Notes under the pieces: generated by a model
Told to the model about the DNA's origin: nothing
What the model saw: the letters and a program-made list of their open reading frames with translations, nothing else
The model's database searches: none
Program-made: the position numbers and the translations under genes
DNA from: Methylophaga frappieri
GTDB taxonomy: Bacteria; Pseudomonadota; Gammaproteobacteria; Nitrosococcales; Methylophagaceae
Length of the DNA stretch: 32,000 nucleotides
Assembly: GCF_000260965.1 (NCBI RefSeq)
Contig: NC_017856.1
Location: 720,001-752,000 of the forward strand
Direction: 5' to 3'
Shown: positions 17,495 to 27,225 of the stretch, piece after piece
Numbering within the stretch: position 1 is the stretch's first letter
Layout of the letters: every line of letters starts with the position of its first letter

Positions 17495-17547
17495 AATTTT
17501 TTACCTGTTTGACTCTGACACTGAGTTGGGGCTGCTATTAAATAACT

Positions 17548-18435
17548 TCAAGCCGACGGTTGTTTTTCAAGCCGCGCAACGCCATAAGCGGCCACCACAA
17601 TCAACATACCGCCCGCCCACTCAGCCAAGCGCATCACTTCATCACTTAACCATGCGGCAGATAAAGCAGCGACAACTAACTCAAACAACATAATAACAGC
17701 CGCTTGATAAACCGGTAATCTTGCCAAACCAAATAACACGGTAATCGTCATGGCAACAATGGCCAGCCCACCGATAACGGCGGCTACCGACCAAACAACG
17801 GCTGACGCAGAAGGTATTGTTGATATACCAGAAAACAAAGTTATCGCTGCCACTAAAACGACACCGAAATAGACGATAACCGTTTTAACAGGCATGGCAA
17901 CTGCTGCCAGTTTTCGACTCAACACATTGTTAACGGCAAACATGAACCCGGCGAATAACGCTAACCAATCTGCTAAGTCAGTCGGCCAAGGCCAACCTAC
18001 TTTAGGCTGCCAAAGCATAATCAAAGTACCTAACATCGCCACACATAACATTAACATCGCCGCACCGGACAACTGTTCGCCCAACCACCAGCGTCCCAAC
18101 AGGACACTCCATAACGGCGCCAAGTAAAAAAGCAACATCACCCGCATAACCTGTCCTTCTATCAAAGCGACAAGAAATGCGAGGTTGGTCAGCCCGGCAG
18201 CCAATGCCAGCCAAAGAAGATCCACTGGTAATTCCCGCCATACCACTGATTGCCGTAAAACCGTCGGAAAACTTATTAATGCAGCCACTGAATAGATCAG
18301 CAACGTCGTCCAGACAACCGGCAAGCCTGCGGCTTCCAAAAGCCGCATGGGATACCAAATAATGCCCCACATTGCGGCTGCAAACAGCAAACAACTCACC
18401 GCAGTATGGTTTGATTGATGAACAATTGATGTCAT
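17548..18435 (-). CDS. EamA/DMT-superfamily transporter
   Basis: 295 aa with about 10 hydrophobic helices in two repeated halves. The composition is typical of EamA domains. Confidence 0.8.
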   Translation of the reverse strand: MTSIVHQSNHTAVSCLLFAAAMWGIIWYPMRLLEAAGLPVVWTTLLIYSVAALISFPTVLRQSVVWRELPVDLLWLALAAGLTNLAFLVALIEGQVMRVMLLFYLAPLWSVLLGRWWLGEQLSGAAMLMLCVAMLGTLIMLWQPKVGWPWPTDLADWLALFAGFMFAVNNVLSRKLAAVAMPVKTVIVYFGVVLVAAITLFSGISTIPSASAVVWSVAAVIGGLAIVAMTITVLFGLARLPVYQAAVIMLFELVVAALSAAWLSDEVMRLAEWAGGMLIVVAAYGVARLEKQPSA

Positions 18436-18508
18436 AGCAACGACCTTATCACACGAGAAGCTGGCAAAACGTTATAATGCCCTGTTTTTAACGGCCATAG
18501 TGTTGCTC

Positions 18509-19705
18509 ATGAATCCAGAACTGGACAAATTGCACCCGTATCCTTTTGAGAAGCTGTCTGCCTTATTCGCCGATAGCCGGCCCCCCTCTGATCTTCGGCA
18601 TATTGCCCTGTCTATCGGCGAACCAAAGCACCCCACCCCCGCCTTGATAACCGAAGCGATGATCAAGCATATTGATGGCTTGTCTGTTTACCCAACGACG
18701 GCGGGGATCCCGGCGCTTCGCAAAACCATTGCCGACTGGCTGGATCAACGTTTTCAATTGGCCGGCAACATCAACGCTGAAACACAAATTTTACCCGTCA
18801 ATGGCACGCGTGAAGCATTGTTCGCCTTTGCCCAGGCCATCATTGATCGCAAGCAGGATCCGCTGGTGGTCATGCCAAATCCGTTTTATCAAATCTATGA
18901 AGGTGCGGCGCTATTAGCCGGTGCACAAATGCATCTGCTTAATTGCGATGCTGAAAACGATTTTATGCCGGATTTTGACAACGTTCCCAGTAGCGTCTGG
19001 ACACAATGCCAATTGCTTTACTTATGCAGTCCCGGCAATCCCTCTGGTGCCGTTATTGATGCGGAAACATTGAGCAAACTTATCCAACTCGCCCATGAGT
19101 ACAATTTTATTATTGCGGCGGATGAATGCTATTCAGAAATTTACTTTGAAGAGACATTGCCACCCGCGGGCCTGCTTCAAGCCGCTGTTGCCGCGGGATA
19201 TAACGACTTTAGTCGCTGCGTTGTCTTTCATAGTCTATCCAAACGCTCAAACGCCCCTGGCCTGCGCAGCGGTTTTGTTGCTGGCGATGCGGCGGTATTA
19301 AAAACCTTTCTGCGATATCGAACCTATCATGGCTGTGCTATGCCAACCGCAACTCAGGCGGCATCCATTGCAGCCTGGTCTGATGAAAATCATGTCGTTC
19401 AAAATCGTCGTTTGTACCGAGAAAAGTTCACGGCAGTGCTCGATATTCTTAAACCAGTCATGAACGTCAGCCAACCGGAAGCCAGCTTTTATCTCTGGGC
19501 TGAGACGCCAATCGCAGATACCGAATTTGCCAAAAAGCTCTACGAACAGTGGCATGTGACGGTGCTACCTGGCAGCTATCTGGCGCGAGACACAAAACAA
19601 GGCAACCCTGGACTGAATCGTGTTCGAATGGCGCTGGTTGCACCACTCGATGAGTGTGTTGAAGCCGCCCGGCGTATCCGCCAACTAATTGAATCTTTAT
19701 CCTGA
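18509..19705 (+). CDS. dapC: succinyldiaminopimelate transaminase (DapC, beta/gamma-proteobacterial type)
   Basis: The N-terminus 'MNPELDKLHPYPFEKLSALF...IALSIGEPKHPTP' is the hallmark of this DapC family. PLP lysine region 'SLSKRSNAPGLRSG'. The track ORF starts 9 nt earlier at a GTG. TATAAT is at 18473-18478. Confidence 0.88.
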   Translation: MNPELDKLHPYPFEKLSALFADSRPPSDLRHIALSIGEPKHPTPALITEAMIKHIDGLSVYPTTAGIPALRKTIADWLDQRFQLAGNINAETQILPVNGTREALFAFAQAIIDRKQDPLVVMPNPFYQIYEGAALLAGAQMHLLNCDAENDFMPDFDNVPSSVWTQCQLLYLCSPGNPSGAVIDAETLSKLIQLAHEYNFIIAADECYSEIYFEETLPPAGLLQAAVAAGYNDFSRCVVFHSLSKRSNAPGLRSGFVAGDAAVLKTFLRYRTYHGCAMPTATQAASIAAWSDENHVVQNRRLYREKFTAVLDILKPVMNVSQPEASFYLWAETPIADTEFAKKLYEQWHVTVLPGSYLARDTKQGNPGLNRVRMALVAPLDECVEAARRIRQLIESLS

Positions 19706-19720
19706 CGGAGTGAAATACTG

Positions 19721-20542
19721 ATGAGTGAAATCCAATCTATTATTGAAGATGCCTTCGAGCGTCGTGCCGAAATCAACCCAAAAAATGCGGATGCCGAGGT
19801 CAGAAATGCAGTTGGTCAGGCACTGGCAATGCTGGATAACGGCTCCGCCCGAGTCGCTGAAAAGCAACAGGGTAACTGGGTTGTTAATCAATGGTTGAAA
19901 AAGGCGGTGTTACTGTCTTTTCGGTTAAATGATAACCGGCCCATGGAAGGCGGCGAAACACGCTATTTCGATAAAGTTGAGCCAAAATTTGCCAGTTTCG
20001 GTGAAGCTGATTTTAATACTGCAGGGGTGCGTGTAGTGCCTCCGGCAGCCGTACGTCGCGGCTCTTATATTGCTCCAGGCGTTGTCTTGATGCCGTCATA
20101 CGTCAATATTGGTGCTTACGTTGATAGTGGCACCATGGTGGATACTTGGGCAACGGTCGGCAGCTGCGCTCAAATCGGTAAAAACGTGCACTTATCCGGT
20201 GGTGTTGGTATCGGCGGCGTGCTTGAGCCGTTACAGGCTGGGCCAACCATTATTGAAGATAACTGTTTTATCGGTGCGCGCAGTGAGATTGTAGAAGGCG
20301 TTGTTGTTGAAGAAGGTGCGGTTATTTCTATGGGCGTGTACATCGGCCAAAGCACCAAAATATTTAACCGGCTTACTGGTGAAGTGACTTATGGTCGCGT
20401 CCCGGCGGGCTCCGTTGTGGTATCCGGTAATTTACCATCCAAAGATGGTACTTACAGTCTGTACTGTGCCGTGATTGTTAAACAAGTTGATGAAAAAACC
20501 CGCAGTAAAGTGGGTATCAATGAATTGTTGCGTGATATCTAG
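19721..20542 (+). CDS. dapD: 2,3,4,5-tetrahydropyridine-2,6-dicarboxylate N-succinyltransferase
   Basis: 273 aa. Left-handed beta-helix hexapeptide repeats and a DapD-like N-terminal domain. GGAG lies 10 nt upstream. Confidence 0.93.
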   Translation: MSEIQSIIEDAFERRAEINPKNADAEVRNAVGQALAMLDNGSARVAEKQQGNWVVNQWLKKAVLLSFRLNDNRPMEGGETRYFDKVEPKFASFGEADFNTAGVRVVPPAAVRRGSYIAPGVVLMPSYVNIGAYVDSGTMVDTWATVGSCAQIGKNVHLSGGVGIGGVLEPLQAGPTIIEDNCFIGARSEIVEGVVVEEGAVISMGVYIGQSTKIFNRLTGEVTYGRVPAGSVVVSGNLPSKDGTYSLYCAVIVKQVDEKTRSKVGINELLRDI

Positions 20543-20550
20543 GTTTGTTG

Positions 20551-20575
20551 TGCCGGCCCGATAATCGGGTCGGCA
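20551..20575 (+). terminator. hairpin after dapD
   Basis: 'tgccggcccga-taa-tcgggtcggca': an 11-bp stem (one G-U pair) and a 3-nt loop, 9 nt after the dapD stop. The T-tract is poor ('ttcac'). Confidence 0.5.
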
Positions 20576-20597
20576 TTCACAGTCCCCGGTATTGTTT

Positions 20598-20610
20598 GAT
20601 ACAATGTATC
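20598..20610. repeat. 13-bp palindrome GATACAATGTATC in the arsC-like/dapE promoter region
   Basis: Perfect 6-1-6 inverted repeat, 30 nt upstream of the ATG at 20641. It overlaps a TTGATA -35-like hexamer (20596-20601). Confidence 0.3.
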
Positions 20611-20640
20611 ATACTTTATTAATCTCCTCGGAAATGGGTC

Positions 20641-22114
<1,474 letters not shown>

Positions 22115-22118
22115 CAGC

Positions 22119-22415
22119 ATGACATTCCGTCAAGGATCAGCACTGAGACACCTTTACCTGCTGGCAACGTTGCTGTTGCTGATGCAGAGCTTTGCGCTCT
22201 GGCATGATAGTGTCCATCTGTTTCACACGCATGAAACGCAATGTGAGCGACTAGAAGCGGTCACCCATCTACCCGCAATTGATGCGGTTACGCTTGTTCA
22301 GTCATATCCGCCAGTCGAGCGCCTGCTACTAGCGACCCCTGTCCTGGCCTTTCAGCAAATATCAACACTTCAGGATGCCCAATCTATTCGGGGTCCGCCC
22401 GCCCACCTCTCATAA
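22119..22415 (+). CDS. hypothetical small signal-anchored protein with His-rich motif (HDSVHLFHTHETQC)
   Basis: 98-aa ORF starting 4 nt after the dapE stop. The N-terminus 'RHLYLLATLLLLMQSFALW' looks like a signal peptide or TM anchor. There is no SD and I recognise no family, so coding status is not certain. It sits immediately upstream of a TonB-dependent receptor. Confidence 0.4.
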   Translation: MTFRQGSALRHLYLLATLLLLMQSFALWHDSVHLFHTHETQCERLEAVTHLPAIDAVTLVQSYPPVERLLLATPVLAFQQISTLQDAQSIRGPPAHLS

Positions 22416-22493
22416 CACCACTGCAATGTGACAATTAATTTACAGCGGCGCCGCCTGCGCGATGTTCGTCTGTTTCTGTTATGAGGAAAGAAT

Positions 22494-24719
22494 ATGTTTA
22501 GCCAAAAAAAACTCGTGGTGTTGCTTAGTGCCACGTTATCAGGTTGGCCATTGGCTGGTCTGTCAGATACCGAAAATACCATTACCATTCCCAGCCTGAT
22601 CGTGACGGCAGATCCGTTGGGAAACCGTGATGCTGATGACCTAATTACGCCGGTTTCCGTGCTGGCTGATACCAAACTGGATAAGCAGCGCAATAGTACC
22701 TTAGGCGAAACCGTTGATGGCCTCCCTGGTGTCCATAACGCTGACTTTGGTCCCGGTGTTGGCCGCCCTGTTGTCCGTGGTTTGCAAGGTTCGCGTGTGC
22801 TGGTACTGGATGATGGCATGAAAACCGTCGATGTGGCCGGTGAAGGTGGTGACCACACCGTCGCGATTGATCCGGCAAGAGCGGATCAGATTGAAGTCTA
22901 TCGCGGTCCGGCCACGCTTCTCTATGGTAGCGGTGCCGCAGGTGGTGTAATTAATGTTCGCAGTGAACGTTTTAATCCAGAATTTGGTGATGCCCCCAAA
23001 GTCAGTGGCGAACTGGGCTATGGTTACAATGGCGATGATCGACGTGGTCGTCTTGGACTGGAATTACCAGTGACTGATAACTTTGTCCTGCGCAGTGATT
23101 ACAGCTTACGTCGCAGTCATGATTTTGATATTGATGGCTATCAAGAACGTGGTCATGATGACGGCGATAAAGATACGCTCGAAAATAGCGCAACCGATAC
23201 GGATGCTTTCTCTTTAACTGGTCTTTTCAAAGGAGACTGGGGGTTTGCTGGCCTGGGTTATAGCCGTTGGCGGACAAACTATGGTGTGCCTGGCGTCTTA
23301 ACAGGTTCAGGTGAAGAAGAGTTAGAAAACATTCGCGCTGACTATGATCGGGTCGATTTTCGTAGTGAGTTTATTGATCCATTACCTGGGTTTAGCAGCG
23401 CCAGACTGAAGCTCGCTTATACCGAATTTAATCAAGAAGAAATTGGCACCATTTTCGATGAGGGTGTATTCGAATCTAGTGAGTCTGAACTGGCCTTTGA
23501 AAATGATGAGTTTGATGCACGTTTTGAGATGGTGCATTTACCTATCGGCGAATGGCAAGGTGTGGTTGGTGTCCAGTTTAATGATCGTGACTTTTCTACT
23601 GAAGGTGAAGGACACGGCATTGGTGGGCATGATCACGATCATGAAGAAGATCATCACCACGAAGAAGATCATGATCATGAGGAAGAACATGATCACGAAG
23701 ATGAAGAGCATGCAGATGAGCATGATCATGGTGGCGATGGCTTCTACGTCAGAGCGAATAAAACGAAATCCTATGGCCTGTTTGTGTTAGAAGAACGGCC
23801 AACTGATTTCGGTAAACTGGAATTTGCGGCACGTATCGACCATGTTGATTCTTCGCCTGTTGGTTTAGCAGATGAACGCCACCTTGATTTACCATCAGGT
23901 GAAGAGCTTCATCAGGAAGCCGTACTGGGTGACCGCAGCTTTACGCCTTTCAGTATCTCGGGGGGGGCAATTATTGACCTTGATTATGCACATCATTTAC
24001 GATTTGCATTGAGCCGCTCTCAACGAGCACCATCCCCTGAGCAGCTTTATGCTTTTGGTTACCATGCGGCGGCAGGCACAGTTGAAATCGGTGATCCGGA
24101 TCTGGATGAAGAAACCTATACCAATATTGAACTGGGACTGGATCGTCATGCGGGTCCATTCCGTTACAATGCCACCGTTTTCTATAACCGCGTTAAAGAC
24201 TTTATCTATCTGGCGCCTCAAGATGATGGTACCGGTAATGCTGTCATGCTCGAAGGCAACACGCTGGTCCTTAATGAACAGGAAGATGCCGAATTTTATG
24301 GTGCGGAATTCACGGCAATAGCGGATTTAATTCAAGGCCCCGTGCCATTTAGCCTGCGTTTCACCGGTGACCACGTTCGTGGTAAGTTTCGTGATGGTGG
24401 CAATATTCCACGGATGAGTCCAACCCGTCTGGGTGTCGGCTTTGATACCGGCTATGGCGACTGGGATTTGAGCGTTGACTTACGTCACGTCTTTAAGCAA
24501 ACCAAAACGGCTATTGCTGAAACAGATACCGGTAGTTATAACCTGCTGTCATTCGATTTATTCTGGCGACCTGCCAGTTTTAAAGGAGGAGAGTTCTTTG
24601 TTCAAGGACGCAACCTCTTAAATGAAAATGGTCGTCGTCATACTAGTTTCCTCAAGGATGAAGCACCAATTGTTGGCCGGACTATCTTCACAGGTGTTCG
24701 GTTTGAGTTTGGTGGTTAA
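22494..24719 (+). CDS. TonB-dependent outer-membrane receptor with His/Asp/Glu-rich loop (ZnuD-like, probable metal/zinc uptake)
   Basis: 741 aa. GAGGAAAG SD. Signal peptide and plug-domain motifs ('TIPSLIVTA' TonB-box-like, 'DGLPGV', 'RGLQGSRVLVLDDG', 'IEVYRGPATLLYGSGAAGGVINV'), then a beta-barrel with C-terminal '...GVRFEFGG'. Confidence 0.9.
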   Translation: MFSQKKLVVLLSATLSGWPLAGLSDTENTITIPSLIVTADPLGNRDADDLITPVSVLADTKLDKQRNSTLGETVDGLPGVHNADFGPGVGRPVVRGLQGSRVLVLDDGMKTVDVAGEGGDHTVAIDPARADQIEVYRGPATLLYGSGAAGGVINVRSERFNPEFGDAPKVSGELGYGYNGDDRRGRLGLELPVTDNFVLRSDYSLRRSHDFDIDGYQERGHDDGDKDTLENSATDTDAFSLTGLFKGDWGFAGLGYSRWRTNYGVPGVLTGSGEEELENIRADYDRVDFRSEFIDPLPGFSSARLKLAYTEFNQEEIGTIFDEGVFESSESELAFENDEFDARFEMVHLPIGEWQGVVGVQFNDRDFSTEGEGHGIGGHDHDHEEDHHHEEDHDHEEEHDHEDEEHADEHDHGGDGFYVRANKTKSYGLFVLEERPTDFGKLEFAARIDHVDSSPVGLADERHLDLPSGEELHQEAVLGDRSFTPFSISGGAIIDLDYAHHLRFALSRSQRAPSPEQLYAFGYHAAAGTVEIGDPDLDEETYTNIELGLDRHAGPFRYNATVFYNRVKDFIYLAPQDDGTGNAVMLEGNTLVLNEQEDAEFYGAEFTAIADLIQGPVPFSLRFTGDHVRGKFRDGGNIPRMSPTRLGVGFDTGYGDWDLSVDLRHVFKQTKTAIAETDTGSYNLLSFDLFWRPASFKGGEFFVQGRNLLNENGRRHTSFLKDEAPIVGRTIFTGVRFEFGG
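23628..23729 (+). other. low-complexity His/Asp/Glu insert inside the receptor (residues 379-412)
   Basis: The in-frame codons read HDHDHEEDHHHEEDHDHEEEHDHEDEEHADEHDH: 13 His, 20 Asp/Glu and 1 Ala. At DNA level it is a GAT/CAT/CAC/GAA repeat-like tract containing 7 GATC sites. Confidence 0.95.
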
Positions 24720-24742
24720 ATAACGCGAGTTAGTGTTCATTT

Positions 24743-24773
24743 AAAAACCCGGCAGCAATGCCGGGTTTTTTTT
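24743..24773 (+). terminator. rho-independent terminator after the TonB-dependent receptor
   Basis: 'aaaaa-cccggca-gcaa-tgccggg-tttttttt': a 7-bp GC stem and a 4-nt loop, followed by an 8-T run. Confidence 0.85.
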
Positions 24774-24779
24774 ATGGTT

Positions 24780-24795
24780 AAACTATGCATAGTTT
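24780..24795. repeat. perfect 16-bp palindrome AAACTATGCATAGTTT (operator candidate)
   Basis: All 8 base pairs checked by hand. It lies between the receptor terminator and the ATG at 24829 (33 nt upstream of that ATG). Confidence 0.4.
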
Positions 24796-24828
24796 GCTAA
24801 CTTAATCCCGAACCGTGGACAGAGAATA

Positions 24829-25179
24829 ATGATGACTGAGGACAATCACACTCAACAAACCAGCCCCCCAAAGGTAATTTATATTCTCTACCTGATAGGG
24901 GTTTTCTTACCTATTATGAGTATTATTGGGGTAGTCGTAGCGTATGTTTTCAGAGGGGAAGCCAGTGCTGATATGCAATCCCACTATACGTTTCAAATTC
25001 GAACTTTTTGGATTGGTTTGTTACTTCAGATCGTCGGTTGGCTGACCTTTGGCATCGGTATTGGCGTACTCATTCTCTTAATCTGGCTGATATGGCTGAT
25101 TATTCGTTGCGTCAAGGGCCTGAAAATTGTCAGTAAAGCCGAGCCGTACCCATCCCCTGAAAGCTGGTTAATCGACTAA
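24829..25179 (+). CDS. small integral membrane protein (three predicted helices), family not confidently recognised
   Basis: 116 aa. Hydrophobic stretches 'VIYILYLIGVFLPIMSIIGVVVAYVF', 'IRTFWIGLLLQIVGWLTF' and 'GIGIGVLILLIWLIWLII'. The 'HYTFQIRTFWIG' motif resembles COG3671-type proteins as I recall them. Confidence 0.6.
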   Translation: MMTEDNHTQQTSPPKVIYILYLIGVFLPIMSIIGVVVAYVFRGEASADMQSHYTFQIRTFWIGLLLQIVGWLTFGIGIGVLILLIWLIWLIIRCVKGLKIVSKAEPYPSPESWLID

Positions 25180-25955
25180 TCCACTTGACGATGTATCGCT
25201 AATGGACCAGTTGCCTGGTGCGTCGGCATAATCTCCATCGTGGTGACATTGACATGTTGTGGTGTGTTTACCAACCACCATACTGTATCAGCAATATCCT
25301 GTGCCGTTAATGCATCCGTATCCGCATAAACTTGGTCAGCACGGCGGCTATCATCTTTAAAACGCACCATCGAAAATTCGGTTTCCGCATTGCCTGGCTC
25401 AATATTGGTGACTCTCACACCAGTTCCCAACAAATCGGCTCGCAATGCCAATGAAAACTGCCGAACAAACGCTTTACTCGCACAATAGACGTTGCCACCC
25501 GGATATGGCCAATTACCGGCAATCGAGCCAATATTGATGATATAGCCTTGCTTACGTTGGCACATGCTTGGCAGAAACTGATGCGTACAACGCATCAGGC
25601 CTTTGATATTGGTATCAACCATGGTTTCCCAGTCAGTTAATTCGGTTGACTGTGCTGGCTCCAGGCCAAGCGCTAATCCAGCATTGTTGATCAGAACATG
25701 GATAGCTGAAAACGGAGCTGGCAGGCCTTTTATCGCTGATTCCGTCGCCTGCTTATCCGTAATATCAAAAGCCAAAATATGTACTTTGCTCTCCCCACCC
25801 AATGTTGCTTGTAATGCCTGTAATCTTGCAAGGCGTCGCCCAGTTAAAACTAATAACCAGCCTGCTTCAGCAAAACGCGTCGCGATGGCTTGACCAAAAC
25901 CAGATGTTGCACCAGTAATAAAAATAACAGGAGCAGATTGATTCATTCTATTCAC
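25176..25955 (-). CDS. SDR-family NADP-dependent oxidoreductase (YdfG-like 3-hydroxy-acid dehydrogenase)
   Basis: 259 aa. 'ITGATSGFG' cofactor motif, 'NNAG', and catalytic 'YCASKAF' (YxxxK). Confidence 0.88.
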   Translation of the reverse strand: MNRMNQSAPVIFITGATSGFGQAIATRFAEAGWLLVLTGRRLARLQALQATLGGESKVHILAFDITDKQATESAIKGLPAPFSAIHVLINNAGLALGLEPAQSTELTDWETMVDTNIKGLMRCTHQFLPSMCQRKQGYIINIGSIAGNWPYPGGNVYCASKAFVRQFSLALRADLLGTGVRVTNIEPGNAETEFSMVRFKDDSRRADQVYADTDALTAQDIADTVWWLVNTPQHVNVTTMEIMPTHQATGPLAIHRQVD

Positions 25956-25963
25956 ACCTAAGA

Positions 25964-26821
25964 TTAGGCACCTTCTGCAAACACAATGGTGCGTCGACCA
26001 CTACAGATAATACGATGTTCTATATGTGCTTTAACGGCACGTGCCAGCACAAGGCGCTCAATATCTTTACCAATCATGACCAAATCAGACGGACTATTAT
26101 CATGTCTGACCCGCTCCACATCCTGTTCGATAATGGGCCCCTCATCCAGGTCTGCCGTCGCATAATGTGCAGTAGCACCAATGAGCTTCACGCCACGTTC
26201 ATAAGCCTGATGGTAGGGCTTGGCTCCCTGAAAAGCAGGTAAAAAACCATGATGAATATTAATCACCCGACCGGCATAATCATGCACAAACTCGGCAGAT
26301 AAAATCTGCATGTAACGCGCCATCACCACAAGGTCGATATCATATTCCGTCAGTAATTCGCGGATTTTGTTTTCCTGAGCGGATTTTGTTTCTGGGGTCA
26401 CAGGCAAATGATAAAAGGGCTTATCAAACTGCTTTGCCATCGTTGCCAAATTAGCATGATTACCAATAATGACGGGAATATCACATTTCAGTTCGCCTTC
26501 ATGCTCTCGTAACAGCAGATCATAAGGACAATGCGATGCCTTGGTAACCAGTAAAGCGACACGATATGGGGTATCGGTATATCTGACCGACCAAGTCAGC
26601 GCCATATTATCTGCCAGCTCGGCAAACTCGGCTTCAAGCTGTTGACGAGGAAGTTGCTGATTGTTCTCGACCTTGAGACGCATAAAATAGCGCCCCTTCT
26701 GGGTATCGGTATATTGCTGGCAATGCAAAATATTGTATTCCCGCCCGGCAAAAAAACCGGTTATACCCGCTAAAAGCCCTTTCTTATCGGCACACTGAAT
26801 GAGGAAAACAATTGCTGGCAT
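25964..26821 (-). CDS. purU: formyltetrahydrofolate deformylase
   Basis: 285 aa. N-terminal ACT domain plus a formyltransferase core ('VMARYMQIL', 'INIHHGFLPAFQGAKPYHQA'). Confidence 0.93.
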   Translation of the reverse strand: MPAIVFLIQCADKKGLLAGITGFFAGREYNILHCQQYTDTQKGRYFMRLKVENNQQLPRQQLEAEFAELADNMALTWSVRYTDTPYRVALLVTKASHCPYDLLLREHEGELKCDIPVIIGNHANLATMAKQFDKPFYHLPVTPETKSAQENKIRELLTEYDIDLVVMARYMQILSAEFVHDYAGRVINIHHGFLPAFQGAKPYHQAYERGVKLIGATAHYATADLDEGPIIEQDVERVRHDNSPSDLVMIGKDIERLVLARAVKAHIEHRIICSGRRTIVFAEGA

Positions 26822-26871
26822 AGATGGTTCACTGTTTGCAAAAGCGTCAAGACTAGCAGTTCTCCACGCGT

Positions 26872-27225
26872 TTATGAATATTCATTGTATTTATCTGAAC
26901 GCCCTTTCACGCGGTCTTTTGGGTATTTTGCTGCATTCTTGTGCATTTTACGCTCTACTGCAGCCGCTAAATCGACGTCTAAATCATGGCAAAGATACGT
27001 CAAATACACTGCCACATCGGCAATTTCATCCTCTAGTGCTTCTCGCTTTTTACCGGTCAGCATCTCGGTCACTTCTTCATCACGACGCCATTGAAACCAT
27101 TCCAGCAACTCAGCCGCTTCAATTGATAAAGAAATCGCAACGTCTTTAGGCGTATGAAATTGCTCCCAATCACGCTCACGTCGAAAAGCAATCAATTTTT
27201 GTTTCAGTGCCTCATCAATCATCAT
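26872..27225 (-). CDS. MazG-like nucleotide pyrophosphohydrolase (small all-alpha NTP-PPase)
   Basis: 117 aa. 'RDWEQFHTPKDVAISLSIEAAELLEWFQW' and 'LEDEIADV' are the EExxE/D-type metal motifs of the family. Confidence 0.8.
   Translation of the reverse strand: MMIDEALKQKLIAFRRERDWEQFHTPKDVAISLSIEAAELLEWFQWRRDEEVTEMLTGKKREALEDEIADVAVYLTYLCHDLDVDLAAAVERKMHKNAAKYPKDRVKGRSDKYNEYS

Noticed and set aside
11424-18869. E. coli Chi octamer GCTGGTGG occurs three times on the + strand (11424, 13639, 18862) and once on the - strand (18085-18092)
   Set aside because: This is mildly above the ~0.5 per strand expected. However, the counts are tiny, all copies are inside genes, and it is unknown whether this organism's RecBCD recognises this octamer. 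It would need genome-wide skew statistics.
22416-22493. Zur or Fur box upstream of the His-loop receptor ('caatgtgacaattaatttaca')
   Set aside because: The left half resembles the Zur half-site (AATGT.A.AAT), but the right half does not. That gives about 10/21 to the gammaproteobacterial Zur consensus, and a poor fit to the 19-bp Fur box. This is not enough to claim regulation.
23628-23729. Cluster of 7 GATC (Dam/SeqA) sites within about 100 bp
   Set aside because: It is fully explained by the Asp-His codon pairs (GAT-CAY) of the His/Asp tract. No independent evidence points to a methylation-based function.
23443-23790. Track ORFs 23443..23790 (+) and 23538..23729 (-), and the many other 60-160-aa ORFs nested in or antisense to large genes (e.g. 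31..291, 1509..1853, 2473..2859, 5105..5584, 9005..9313, 12035..12457, 16758..16994, 18002..18394, 21626..22030, 22370..22858)
   Set aside because: Each overlaps a CDS with strong family motifs in another frame or on the other strand. Their translations are low-complexity or lack recognisable motifs and SD sequences, so I treat them as shadow ORFs.
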